Assembly: GCA_965140705.1 (NCBI GenBank)
Contig: OZ223301.1
Coordinates: forward strand, 256,001 to 320,000
Reading direction: 5' to 3'
Length of the DNA: 64,000 bases
Origin: an uncultured Arcobacter sp.
Lineage (GTDB): Bacteria; Campylobacterota; Campylobacteria; Campylobacterales; Arcobacteraceae
Translations under genes and position numbers: made by a program
Shown here: one piece after another, positions 41,526 to 51,900 of the stretch
Layout: each line of letters opens with the position of its first letter
How positions within the stretch are numbered: position 1 is the stretch's first letter
The notes under the pieces: model-generated
What the model saw: only the letters and a program-made list of their open reading frames with translations
Databases searched by the model: none
Told to the model about the DNA's origin: nothing

Positions 41526-41850
41526 GCTTCCTTTTTAGTAGTTTTGTGATTCCCCTCACAGAATAAACTTATCATTTTTTCTATACTTCTTCTCATGTAC
41601 ATTAAAATCAGTTGATAAAAAATAAAAGAAATACAATGAGTAGGATGAAGTTTTTTATAAGAAGTATGAAGCTGCTTGTGAGGAAAAGGGTGTTGTTTCT
41701 TTTCGAATCCATGTAGGATTTAAAGATGGAAAGGTATATTGTTTTAATATGTTACCAAATGTCAAAGCGGTAGAAAATGTTCATACAAAAGTAGATTTGC
41801 ATTTTGATAACATTACAGAAGATTTAAAAACTCACATAAATACTAAGACA

Positions 41851-42200
41851 TTATATAACTCCTCTAGCAAGTTTTACATAACCTATTGTTAAGATTTTTG
41901 CTAACTGTTTCTCTTGTTACTCCTAAGAAAATTTATGAAAATGTACCAATTTTAATGCCATCCGTAATTTTGAGATTAATAGGGTAGCAAACAGTGATAT
42001 ACTTGAAATTATTAAGTACTTCATATTTTTCTCCAAATTTTAAATATATATGAGTATAGGTGGACAGTTTTTAAGAAAAATCTCCTTCTCTTTTCATAAA
42101 GCATTATCTTTTAAGTTTTTCATATGATTATTTTTTTGTAAATTTTTAGATTTATCAAGTGACTCTTCATGGTCTATTACATATTTTATTTCAAAAATAT
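41851..42200 (-). pseudogene. Decayed Crp/Fnr-family regulator
   Basis: Minus-strand FLGVTRETVSKNL HTH (core at 41900-41929), then frameshifted IGYVKLARGVI; several in-frame stops upstream. The 5' boundary is approximate. Confidence 0.55.
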
Positions 42201-42312
42201 GCAAAATATACTTAATAATACAAATAAATAGTTTTACTCATTATTTTTATTATTAAATAATAATAATTAAGTTGTATTTTGATAGTATTTTAATTTTATT
42301 TAAGGAGTAAAA

Positions 42313-42903
42313 ATGATCAAAGTCTTAAAGTTGACTTCTATTACAATTTTTCTTGTGTTTATTTTAACTGGGTGTACTCATAAAATTGATATGGTACCTA
42401 ATGTTGAAAAAGTTACTGATAATGTATTTAATATCGAAAAACGTAACTACAATGTTGCTTATATACTTAAAAGTTACGAGCAAGATAAATATGTTGTAAC
42501 ACCAGGTGGTGGTGGTGATAAGATTGGTTATACACCATATGATGACACTGAATTAGCCTTTAGAACTATACTTTCAAAAGTATTTAATAAAGTTTATAAG
42601 CTTGAGTTTAATGATTCTAAATTTGTTAAGGAGAAAGATATCAGACTTATATTTACATATAATTTGAAAACTAACTCATCATCAGAGAGTATGTTTACGT
42701 GGCCACCTACTAAATTTACAATTTCGTTAAATTGTAAAGCAGTATCAAAAGATGGATCAAAAGTATGGGAAGATACCATTTATGATGAAGGAAGTGCAAC
42801 TTTTAGTGAATTTAAAAGTAATTTTTCTTTAGCGGCACAAAGAGCTTCTGAAAAGGTTTTTACTCAATTGTTACAAAAAATCAATAATAATAAAAAATTT
42901 TAA
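42313..42903 (+). CDS. Hypothetical lipoprotein
   Basis: Lipobox ILTG-C; AAGGAG RBS. Confidence 0.8.
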   Translation: MIKVLKLTSITIFLVFILTGCTHKIDMVPNVEKVTDNVFNIEKRNYNVAYILKSYEQDKYVVTPGGGGDKIGYTPYDDTELAFRTILSKVFNKVYKLEFNDSKFVKEKDIRLIFTYNLKTNSSSESMFTWPPTKFTISLNCKAVSKDGSKVWEDTIYDEGSATFSEFKSNFSLAAQRASEKVFTQLLQKINNNKKF

Positions 42904-42914
42904 AAGGGTATTAA

Positions 42915-43493
42915 ATGTTAAAAATCAAAAATTTATTTTTTCTAATTAGTATATTATTTTTTATTACTGGATGTTCATTTAAAGGTTATGAGTATAAAGG
43001 TAATTTAAATATTGTTAATGATTTAAATGATAAAAATTTAAATCAGGTAGATGTAGTTAAAGTTTCAAATAATGGCATTAAAAATGATACTAGTTTGCCT
43101 TTAAGAGCAGTAAGTATGACTTCTCCATATGGAGATTCATTTTCTGATTATATTTCTTCTTCATTAAAAAGTCAGTTGAGCCTAAATAATTTATATAATT
43201 CAAAATCAAATATAAAAATTTATACTAAATTACTTAAAAATGAAGTTGATATTTGGGGTTTTTCGACTGCATCATATGACTTATCTGCTCAATTTATAAT
43301 TAGAAAAGATGATACTCTTCTTTATGATAAAGTTATTCAAGTAAAACACCAATTCCCTTCACATTTTGTAGGTCAAATAGCTATTGAAAATGGGATGAGA
43401 AATTATCCCATCGTTGTAAAAAAATTAATTACAAAATTTTTAAGCGATGAAAATGCACTTGAAGTATTGAAAAAGGAAGCACTTAATAAGTAA
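42915..43493 (+). CDS. Hypothetical lipoprotein
   Basis: Lipobox FITG-C; 11 bp after the previous gene. Confidence 0.8.
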   Translation: MLKIKNLFFLISILFFITGCSFKGYEYKGNLNIVNDLNDKNLNQVDVVKVSNNGIKNDTSLPLRAVSMTSPYGDSFSDYISSSLKSQLSLNNLYNSKSNIKIYTKLLKNEVDIWGFSTASYDLSAQFIIRKDDTLLYDKVIQVKHQFPSHFVGQIAIENGMRNYPIVVKKLITKFLSDENALEVLKKEALNK

Positions 43494-43579
43494 AATAAAA
43501 AATTGTTCATTAGATAATATTACTCTTTAGAGGAAATTGTAAGAAAGAAAAAGAGGTAATAAAAGAGCAAAATAGTTAA

Positions 43580-43609
43580 TTTATAAAGAGTTGAAAGACT
43601 CTTTATAAA
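43580..43609. terminator. Bidirectional hairpin terminator
   Basis: TTTATAAAGAGT-TGAAAG-ACTCTTTATAAA between convergent genes. Confidence 0.7.
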
Positions 43610-43613
43610 ATTT

Positions 43614-44093
43614 TTAGATAATCACATACTTACAATTGTAACTATCATCTTTCAATATATTAAGTGCTGATTTATCTAATACATCATTAAAAAGCACTAC
43701 ATATCTAAAGTACACATTATTTTCTTCTATATTATTTGTTTTTACATAGTTGATTGCATTTTTATAAAAGTTTTTTATATCTTCGGCTTTGATTGATTTT
43801 GATTTTGAGTTGTTATTGCATTTTAATAGGTATGTTTGTTCATCTTTAGTGCAAATTATATCTATAGCTTCTTCTTTGCTCTCTTGCGTCTTAAAGCCTA
43901 GTTTCTTATATTTCTCTATTGTACGTAATTCTAGGCTTTGACCTTTTTTTTCATACTCTTCATTTATATTTATTCTGCGTTTATTGTCTTTATTATGCAT
44001 GAACTTTTTCACTAGGATAATGAAAATTACTAGTGGTACTAAATGCCATACTTTTGACAAAGAACCAATTATTATATCACTTATATCAGCCAT
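43614..44093 (-). CDS. Membrane-anchored Mrr-like restriction endonuclease-fold protein
   Basis: N-terminal TM helix, then E...YKKLGF...AIDIIC...LLKCN, resembling Mrr catalytic domains. Confidence 0.6.
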   Translation of the reverse strand: MADISDIIIGSLSKVWHLVPLVIFIILVKKFMHNKDNKRRININEEYEKKGQSLELRTIEKYKKLGFKTQESKEEAIDIICTKDEQTYLLKCNNNSKSKSIKAEDIKNFYKNAINYVKTNNIEENNVYFRYVVLFNDVLDKSALNILKDDSYNCKYVII

Positions 44094-44203
44094 TTTTACT
44101 TTTCAATTTTATTCCTTCTTATTCAAGTTTTGCAACAGTATATCTAATTATTATAAATAGTATTGAGTAAAGAAATAAAGAGAAGATATATTTAAAATAA
44201 GTT

Positions 44204-45070
44204 TTATTTTCTCTTTTTAATTATACTTGGCAGTGCATTTATAAATATGGCAAATATTACTAAGGTACCACCTATAATTGTCATTTTTGGTGGAATTTCG
44301 CTAAGAAAAAGCCATAACCAGATTGGTGCCATTGTTGTTTCTATGGTAGTGAAAATACTTACTTCTGCAGATGTTATATATTTTGTTGAGATAAAAATAA
44401 AATACATGGCTAATGGAATCTGAATAAAACCCATAATGCTTAACCAAAATAGTGATTCTAAAGAGATACCTAATAGCTTATCACTAAAAGCAAACATAAC
44501 AGCAGCAACAAGAAAACCGCTAAGAGAGATGACGAGCATTGTAGGAAAGTGTCCATACTTTCTCAACAAAGTAAGCTCCATACCCATAGTTATGGCTAAC
44601 GCTACACCAAGTAAGTCTCCTATATAGTTTCCTGTAAATGTAAAAGAGTTTCCAAAGACAATAAATACACCTACAAAAGAGACTACTATTGCAATAACTG
44701 TTTGCTTTTTGATTTTCTCTTTTAGTAATAGATAACTAAATATAGCTGCAAAGAAAGAAGAGCTTGCTAAAAGTACGACGGTATTTGCAGCAGCTGTATA
44801 TTTTACAGAAAAGACAAAAAGAGAAGTTCCCAAAGCAGAGAGTATGACCAATAAAGAAAAATTCATAAACTCTTTTTTATTGGCAGGTAGCCAAGATTTA
44901 CTGCTACTTCGTCTCCAAAGAATAAGCATACTTATTCCCATAAAAAGGCCTCTATAAAAGGAAATAACAGATGCATCTACATTAGCAAGTCTCACTAAAA
45001 GGGCATCAAAACTTACGATAAATACCCCTAGTGCAGCAAGAAACATCCCTTGGACTTTTATATCTTTCAA
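44204..45070 (-). CDS. DMT/EamA-family transporter
   Basis: About 10 TM segments, LLKEK loop, WLFLSEIP. Confidence 0.88.
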   Translation of the reverse strand: MKDIKVQGMFLAALGVFIVSFDALLVRLANVDASVISFYRGLFMGISMLILWRRSSSKSWLPANKKEFMNFSLLVILSALGTSLFVFSVKYTAAANTVVLLASSSFFAAIFSYLLLKEKIKKQTVIAIVVSFVGVFIVFGNSFTFTGNYIGDLLGVALAITMGMELTLLRKYGHFPTMLVISLSGFLVAAVMFAFSDKLLGISLESLFWLSIMGFIQIPLAMYFIFISTKYITSAEVSIFTTIETTMAPIWLWLFLSEIPPKMTIIGGTLVIFAIFINALPSIIKKRK

Positions 45071-45180
45071 AAAGTAAATCTCCTCAAATTATATGTAATT
45101 TATTAGTATTATAAACTTTTCTATTTTTATAAAATCTTTGTCTGCATTGTACACTTATCAAGCATAAAGTTAATATTTAT

Positions 45181-46884
45181 TTATGATGAACAACTAACAT
45201 GAGATATTCCAGCTATTCCAAAGAAGTCTAGAGGTTTTTTTGTATAATATTTTTCTTCTATTTCTTTTATTTGTTCATCGTATGGATTTGTCATTATCTT
45301 TTGTAATTCTTGGATTAGGTCATAATTTCCTTTTTCTGCCTCTTGATATGCGTCTACTAGATACCACTCTCTTAAAGTATATTTTGGATTAGTTAGTTTC
45401 ATTTGATTTGAAACTTTTTCTTTAGATTCTTTTGAACTTATATCTAGATGTGATTTCCATTTTTCTAGCCAAGTATTCCATTTTGAGTTAATATTTTCAT
45501 TTTCAAAATCAGCACTATAAAAACTTTTTCTAAGTGCTTTGACATTCTCAGGTATATTTGAAAGTTCCCTAAAAAATATAGTATAGTCAACTTTTGTTTC
45601 TAACATAAGATCAATAAGTTCGGAAAACAACTTTAAGTCAAATTTACTTATTCCTAGCTTTTTAGCCCACATGTTATCAATTTCTTCTTGCATAGCTAAA
45701 GGAAAACTGTTTTCAATCTTTTCAAGCTCTTGCAGAGTATCAGGGTGTGAATTAAGTAATGGTTTTAAAGCACTACAAAATGATTGAAAATTTTTATAGG
45801 CAGCTTGGGGTTGATTGAAAAATGAAAAATGCAATCCTCCACCTGTCCAAGATTGATATTTTGGATCAAACATATCAATAAAGCCAAATGGTCCGTAATC
45901 TAGTGTAAAGCCTCCTGCTGCACAGTTATCACTGTTGAAGTTACCTTGACAATATCCCACTCGTATCCAGTTAGCCACTAATGAAGTAAGTCGATTTTTA
46001 AACTCAGATGCTAATAAAATGATTTTTTCTTCTAAATTCAAATTTTCGTTGATTACCTCACTATACTCTCTATCAATCAAATGTAAAACAAGCATTTCTA
46101 ACTCTTCTAATGCTTTTGGGTGCTCATTTTTTCTAGCTCGTCTTCCAAAAAGTTCAAGTTGCCCCACACGGATAAATGAAGGTGCTACTCTAGTTGTTAT
46201 TGCAACATCTTCTTCAATCATAACTTCAGGGTCTTTTGAGTAAGAGTTTCCCCTAAACCAAGGTCTTGATACTTGTTCTTTTTTAGAGGTAAATAGAGTC
46301 AAAGACCTTGATGTGGGAATACCCAAAGAGTGCATATGTTCTTGAGCTAAAAATTCACGAACACTTGATCTTAAAACTGCCCGTCCATCGGCACCTCTAC
46401 AATAAGGTGTTCTTCCACCACCTTTTAATTGAAATTCCCATCTTTTGCCATTTATAACAGCTTCAAGAACTGAAATAGCTCTACCATCACCATATCCATT
46501 TCCCGTTTGAAAAGGACATTGTGCATAATACTCAGTGCCATAAATAGATAGGGCATATCCAGTCGCCCATCCTAGATTTTTGATAGGTTTAGGAACATTA
46601 GAGATATTTCCAGAAAACATTTTGATAAAATCTTCTGATTTTATTAGATTTTGAGTAAAGCCTAATTCTTCACAAAAATTAGCACTGTGAGAGATATATA
46701 TAGGTTCTTTTAAAGCAGTAGGCTCTACAGGTACATAGTGCCCGCTAAAAACCTCTCTTGGTGTTTTATTATCTGCATTGGATTTTGCATCAGGATCACA
46801 ATTAAGATTCTCTACAAAAGAGTAATCACTTACTTTGGCAAGTTCATCAAATGTATCTATTTTTTTTATAAAATTTTCTTTCAT
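45181..46884 (-). CDS. selO: SelO/YdiU protein adenylyltransferase
   Basis: [43 protein letters not shown] motifs and C-terminal SCSS. Confidence 0.93.
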   Translation of the reverse strand: MKENFIKKIDTFDELAKVSDYSFVENLNCDPDAKSNADNKTPREVFSGHYVPVEPTALKEPIYISHSANFCEELGFTQNLIKSEDFIKMFSGNISNVPKPIKNLGWATGYALSIYGTEYYAQCPFQTGNGYGDGRAISVLEAVINGKRWEFQLKGGGRTPYCRGADGRAVLRSSVREFLAQEHMHSLGIPTSRSLTLFTSKKEQVSRPWFRGNSYSKDPEVMIEEDVAITTRVAPSFIRVGQLELFGRRARKNEHPKALEELEMLVLHLIDREYSEVINENLNLEEKIILLASEFKNRLTSLVANWIRVGYCQGNFNSDNCAAGGFTLDYGPFGFIDMFDPKYQSWTGGGLHFSFFNQPQAAYKNFQSFCSALKPLLNSHPDTLQELEKIENSFPLAMQEEIDNMWAKKLGISKFDLKLFSELIDLMLETKVDYTIFFRELSNIPENVKALRKSFYSADFENENINSKWNTWLEKWKSHLDISSKESKEKVSNQMKLTNPKYTLREWYLVDAYQEAEKGNYDLIQELQKIMTNPYDEQIKEIEEKYYTKKPLDFFGIAGISHVSCSS

Positions 46885-47102
46885 ATTTATATTTGTCCAT
46901 TAATTTTTATTTATTAATACTTTTAACATAACTACTTGAAATACATAACAATAATAAGATTTAGAAATTTTTATTAAGTCAAAAGTAAATTTTAGCTTTG
47001 ACAAGTGATAGAAAGCATCTATAAGCATGATTTTTATTCTATTTTATAAAAAATATATGTTAAAATGGATATTTAAAACAATATATTTTTGAAGGTGATT
47101 TT

Positions 47103-47501
47103 GTGTCTATTTTTGCGTTACAATCTTTAGCTGGTGGATTTCTAGATGAAGATTTAGAACATTTTAATAAAAAATTTGATGATTGGTGTATTCATTTTGA
47201 GAGTTATGAAGATGCTATGATTATATTAAAAACTCTTGAAAATACAGAAGCTATTGATATTGTTGAAATAACACCATTAAGTTATCCACAATATTATTTT
47301 ACTAACCTTCAAGGTACTATTTATGCCACACGACAGGTTGAAGACAAAATCATTTGTGTCGTAGAGCCATTTATAGGCTCAAGTTTTAAAATTGCTGTAT
47401 GTGATCTCAAAACTAAAAAAGTAAGACTATCGAAGACTTCTTATAAAAATATTCCAAATGTTGAAAGTGCTTTTGCAAATTTTGGTGATAATTTAAATTA
47501 G
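47103..47501 (+). CDS. Hypothetical protein
   Basis: 132-aa ORF, GTG start with GAAGGT RBS. Confidence 0.7.
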   Translation: MSIFALQSLAGGFLDEDLEHFNKKFDDWCIHFESYEDAMIILKTLENTEAIDIVEITPLSYPQYYFTNLQGTIYATRQVEDKIICVVEPFIGSSFKIAVCDLKTKKVRLSKTSYKNIPNVESAFANFGDNLN

Positions 47502-47599
47502 TATTACTAAAAGTTTGATTTTATTTCTTTAGAGTACTTACTTTACTGTAAGTTGCAATTAATTATTATGACGAAGTTATTATTTTATAGGAAGAGTAT

Positions 47600-48058
47600 A
47601 TGCAAAATAAGTTAAAAGATTTTATAAAAGAGAATTCAACTTTAATATATAAGTTTATTAATAGTGAAGTATTAAAAGGGGTAGGGCGAATTCATCCAGA
47701 TTATTTTGAAAAGATTGTAAATGATATGTTTGTTAAACAATCTAAGTTAAATATAAGTGAAAAGAACCTAAATCCAAATATTTTTCCATATTTTATCTTT
47801 ACCCAAGTAGAAGGGAAAGGAAAGCTTGATTATACTTCTTTACGAGTTGAGACAATAAAGTTTGATGAAATAGACAAAGAGTCTTCTGTTTATTATAATT
47901 ATGCACGATTTTCTCTAAAAGATGACTCTTTATATATAGATTTGATGCAAAGTAAAATAGGCGGTATGCCAATTGATGAAGACATTGTTAAATTTACAAA
48001 AAGAATACCTATAAAAAGTTTTGCCTTAGAAGAGTTTATTAGTAAAAATAAAGATTAA
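47600..48058 (+). CDS. Hypothetical protein
   Basis: 152-aa ORF with AGGAAG RBS. Confidence 0.7.
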   Translation: MQNKLKDFIKENSTLIYKFINSEVLKGVGRIHPDYFEKIVNDMFVKQSKLNISEKNLNPNIFPYFIFTQVEGKGKLDYTSLRVETIKFDEIDKESSVYYNYARFSLKDDSLYIDLMQSKIGGMPIDEDIVKFTKRIPIKSFALEEFISKNKD

Positions 48059-48384
48059 TCTATAGTCTCTATATTCACAAGTTCTATATCTGCACAATCT
48101 TTTTTTGTAAGTTTTCTTGTTTTTGCATCTTCTTCTGCAAGTGATATTAAATCTGCAAAATCATTTTTATTTACTTCAAACTGATATAACTCTTTTTGAG
48201 TTTCTATTTTAATCTTTGCATTACTCTCTTTTGTAACAATATCAATATTTCTAATTCCTTTTGCAAATTCACTTTTTATAACTTTTGATACCTTGTCATT
48301 TGAGAATAACTTTTCAAGAGTAAGTTCTAGGTTGAAGTCATTTTTGCACAATATTTTGTAAGTTACTATCATTTTGCCATCCAT
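48055..48384 (-). CDS. Hypothetical protein
   Basis: 109-aa ORF with AAGGA RBS; its end overlaps the end of the convergent gene by 4 bp. Confidence 0.7.
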   Translation of the reverse strand: MDGKMIVTYKILCKNDFNLELTLEKLFSNDKVSKVIKSEFAKGIRNIDIVTKESNAKIKIETQKELYQFEVNKNDFADLISLAEEDAKTRKLTKKDCADIELVNIETID

Positions 48385-48501
48385 TCTTTATCCTTTTTTA
48401 TAATTGATACGATGATATTATATCAGTAAAAAATAGTGGTATTCAAAAATATTACAACTTGCAAGATTTTATGTATAGAGTAATTGATTATGAGAAATTA
48501 A

Positions 48502-48530
48502 ATAAAAACCAGTAGTTTACTGGCTTTTAT
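48502..48530 (-). terminator. Probable terminator after glnS
   Basis: ATAAAAACCAGTA-GTT-TACTGGCTTTTAT imperfect hairpin. Confidence 0.6.
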
Positions 48531-48535
48531 TTGGT

Positions 48536-50800
48536 TTATGAATTTAATTGCTTAGCAACTAATTCATTTACCACTTGTGGATTTGCTTTCCCACCTGTAG
48601 TTTTTAGAACTTGTCCTACAAAAAATCCTAGAAGTTTTGTATTTCCAGCTTTGTATTTTTCTACGTTGTCTGGATTTTTTGCGATGATTTCATCTATAAT
48701 TGGTAAGATAATGCTTGGGTCACTTATTTGTACAAGCCCTTTATCTTCAACTATTTTTTTAGGGTTATCTCCTGATTTATTCATCTCTTCAAATACTTGT
48801 TTTGCAATTTTACTTGAGATAGTTTCATCATCTACCATTTTAACAAGCTGTGCTATTTGAGAAGCTGTAAATTTTAGTTCACTTAGCTCTTTCTCTTTTA
48901 ACTCTTTTGCCACATCATTTGCCACAATATTTGCTAGTGCAATAGGACTGTTTAATTCTGATAATGCTTCTTCATAAAATGATGAAAGAACTTCATCCCT
49001 TGCTAAGATATTTGCAAGCTCATTATTTAGTTTAAACTTAGAGGTGTATTTATCAAAAAGTACTTTTTGTTCTTCATTTAAAGCTTGGGCTTCACCATGT
49101 ACTACTTCCTTTTTCACTTCTTGTTTAGGTGTAGGTTTAGGCGCATTTTCAGTTGTTTTTGCTTTTTTTGCCCAAGAATCTTTTAGTCCAACTATTTTAT
49201 TAAATACTGGTTTTTCATTTGTATAATCAATAGGGTCAGCATAAAAATAACCTTGTCTTTCAAATTGAAATCTTTCATCTGCTTTTTCAGTGATAACAGC
49301 AGGTTCTATAAGAGCATTTTTGATGATTTGTAAAGAGTCTGGATTTAAATCTTCTAGACCTTCTGGAGCTTCATTTTTATATAATCTATCATAAAGTCTT
49401 ACTTCTATTTGTTTTGCTTCTTTTGCATCAACCCATTGTATTGCACTTTTTACTTTGATACCACTTGTATCTTGTCCACTTTTAGAATTAGGATTATATT
49501 GGGCTTTTATCTCTATGATATTTCCATTTGTATCTTTTATTACTTCTTTACAAGTTATTATATAGGCATGTCTAAGTCTTACTGCTTGATTTGGAGTTAA
49601 TCTATTATAGCCTTTTACTGGATTTTCACTAAAATCTTCTCTTTCTATATAAACTTCATTTGAGAAAGGTATTTTTCTTGAACCCTCTTTAGGAACATCA
49701 TGTGGATAGTATGAAGCTTCAATGCTTTCACTTCCCTCATAGTTTTCAATGGTAACTTTTATTGGGTCAAGTACACACATAACTCTTGGTACTTTTTGGT
49801 TTAAATCATCTCTAATACAAAATTCAAGTTGTGATACATCAACCATAGAGTTTGCCTTTGCAATACCTATTTGGTCACAGAAGTTTAAAATAGACTCAGG
49901 TGTATATCCTCTTCTTTTATATCCAGCAATTGTTGGCATTCTTGGATCATCCCAACCACTTACATATTTGCCTTCTACTAGTTCTAGAAGTTTTCTTTTA
50001 CTCATAACTGTATAATTGATACCAAGTCTTGCAAATTCATGTTGGTATGGTCTTGGTGGTTTTAAATTAAGATTATCAAGTACCCAATCATAAATCTCAC
50101 GATTGTTTTCAAATTCAAGTGTACAAATAGAGTGTGTAACTCCTTCAATATAATCAGATAGACAATGGGCAAAATCATACATAGGATAAACATACCATTC
50201 ATCACCAGCTCTATAGTGGTGGGCATGTCTGATTCTGTATAAAAGAGGGTCTCTCATTTTCATATTTGCTGCGCTCATATCAATCTTAGCTCTTAAGATA
50301 TGTTCTCCATCTTTGAACTCACCCTTTTTCATTCTCTCAAAAAGGTTTAAGTTTTCTTCAATAGAACGTTCAGCATATTTACTTCTTTTTCCAGCTTGTG
50401 TGACAGTTCCTCTATATTCTCTTATCTCTTCTTCATTTAAACTATCAACATAGGCTTTACCCATTTTGATAAGCTCAATAGCATAGTCATAAATTCGTGG
50501 AAAATAATCAGAAGTATAATACTCAGTCTCTCCCCATTCAAAGCCTAACCATTTTACAGCATCTTTTAGTGCATCAACATATTTTGTATCTTCTTTAGTT
50601 GGATCAGTATCGTCCATTCTTAGGTTACAGTGACCACCAAAGTCTCGTGCAATACCAAAATTTATACAAATAGATTTAGCATGTCCTATATGTGGGAAAC
50701 CATTAGGCTCAGGGGGAAATCTTGTAACTACTTTTTCGTATTTGCCTGATTTTAAGTCTTCTTCAACTTTGACTCGTAAAAAATCTTTGTGCTCACTCAT
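48536..50800 (-). CDS. glnS: Glutamine--tRNA ligase fused to a C-terminal YqeY (GatB-tail-like) domain
   Basis: TRFPPEPNG, HIGH, MSKR and FQFERQGYF motifs; C-terminus YKAGNTKLLGFFVGQVLKTTGGKANP. Confidence 0.95.
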   Translation of the reverse strand: MSEHKDFLRVKVEEDLKSGKYEKVVTRFPPEPNGFPHIGHAKSICINFGIARDFGGHCNLRMDDTDPTKEDTKYVDALKDAVKWLGFEWGETEYYTSDYFPRIYDYAIELIKMGKAYVDSLNEEEIREYRGTVTQAGKRSKYAERSIEENLNLFERMKKGEFKDGEHILRAKIDMSAANMKMRDPLLYRIRHAHHYRAGDEWYVYPMYDFAHCLSDYIEGVTHSICTLEFENNREIYDWVLDNLNLKPPRPYQHEFARLGINYTVMSKRKLLELVEGKYVSGWDDPRMPTIAGYKRRGYTPESILNFCDQIGIAKANSMVDVSQLEFCIRDDLNQKVPRVMCVLDPIKVTIENYEGSESIEASYYPHDVPKEGSRKIPFSNEVYIEREDFSENPVKGYNRLTPNQAVRLRHAYIITCKEVIKDTNGNIIEIKAQYNPNSKSGQDTSGIKVKSAIQWVDAKEAKQIEVRLYDRLYKNEAPEGLEDLNPDSLQIIKNALIEPAVITEKADERFQFERQGYFYADPIDYTNEKPVFNKIVGLKDSWAKKAKTTENAPKPTPKQEVKKEVVHGEAQALNEEQKVLFDKYTSKFKLNNELANILARDEVLSSFYEEALSELNSPIALANIVANDVAKELKEKELSELKFTASQIAQLVKMVDDETISSKIAKQVFEEMNKSGDNPKKIVEDKGLVQISDPSIILPIIDEIIAKNPDNVEKYKAGNTKLLGFFVGQVLKTTGGKANPQVVNELVAKQLNS

Positions 50801-50912
50801 TATTATTAAACCTTTTAAATAAACTTCGTTTTGATGTTGAAACTATTTTTAGGGCTGTATTTTATCAAATTAGTGCTTATATAAAGAGTATAAATTTTTA
50901 GGCTTTTTTTAG

Positions 50913-50944
50913 TAGTGTAAAATTACCTTGATAATTTTACACTA
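50913..50944 (-). terminator. Hairpin after the SDR gene
   Basis: TAGTGTAAAATTA-CCTTGA-TAATTTTACACTA. Confidence 0.6.
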
Positions 50945-50950
50945 AGCTTA

Positions 50951-51724
50951 TCAATTTTTTCTATGTACCAAATATGAATTTCTTTGTGAAATAGGAGTTA
51001 TATCTAGGTATTGGATATTTACATTTTTAGGTGTATTGAGTACATGAATGATGGTATGTGAAATATCTTTTGCCCTTAATGGTTCATAACCTTTATATAC
51101 TAAGTCTACTTTCTCTTTATTTCCTTTGAAACGTACATTTGAAAAGTTTGTTTTTGTAGCTCCTGGTGCTATATTTGTCACTTTTACATTTGTTCCTAAT
51201 AAATCTATGTTCATAGCCTCACTTAGTGTTTTAACAGCAGATTTTGTAGCACAATAGACATTTCCACCTGGATAGGTTAATTTTCCAGCTTGAGAACCAA
51301 TATTAATTATATGGGCTGTTTCTAATTGTCTCATTTGAGGAATAATAACTTTACTCACATAAAGCAATCCCTTGATATTTGTATCAATCATTCTTTCCCA
51401 ATTCTCAATATCTCCCTCATCAATTTTTTCATTTCCTAGGGCTAAACCTGCATTGTTAATGAGAATATCTACACTTGTTTTTTGAAGAATTTTTTTTAAT
51501 TTTTTATCGACAACATCTTTTTTTCTAACATCTATACTTTCAATTGTAACCTTTATTTTGCTTTTTTCTAAGATTTTATTTTGAAGCTTTTGAAGTTTTT
51601 TTAAATCACGTCCAATTAAAATAAGATTTAAATTCATCTTCGATAAATCAAGGGCTAATTGCTTACCTATTCCAGAAGTAGCTCCCGTAATAAGAGCAGT
51701 TTTGTTTTTTATGTAGTTTTTCAT
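50951..51724 (-). CDS. SDR oxidoreductase (YdfG-like)
   Basis: TGATSGIG, NNAGLALG and YCATK motifs; ATG at 51724 chosen as start. Confidence 0.9.
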   Translation of the reverse strand: MKNYIKNKTALITGATSGIGKQLALDLSKMNLNLILIGRDLKKLQKLQNKILEKSKIKVTIESIDVRKKDVVDKKLKKILQKTSVDILINNAGLALGNEKIDEGDIENWERMIDTNIKGLLYVSKVIIPQMRQLETAHIINIGSQAGKLTYPGGNVYCATKSAVKTLSEAMNIDLLGTNVKVTNIAPGATKTNFSNVRFKGNKEKVDLVYKGYEPLRAKDISHTIIHVLNTPKNVNIQYLDITPISQRNSYLVHRKN

Positions 51725-51900
51725 TATCAAACCTTTCTCTTTTTGTATATTGTATAATATTATTATTTTGCATATATTATTAAGGTAAAAGTGTAAAATA
51801 AGATTATGACTATAAGGCTTTTATTACTTATTAGGTCTAAACACAATACCAACAATAAAAAACTATAATTATTAACTATATAATTTAATCAAGGTAAGAG

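Noticed and set aside
45181..45200. Selenocysteine at the SelO C-terminus
   Set aside because: The protein ends SCSS with a TAA stop; there is no in-frame TGA.
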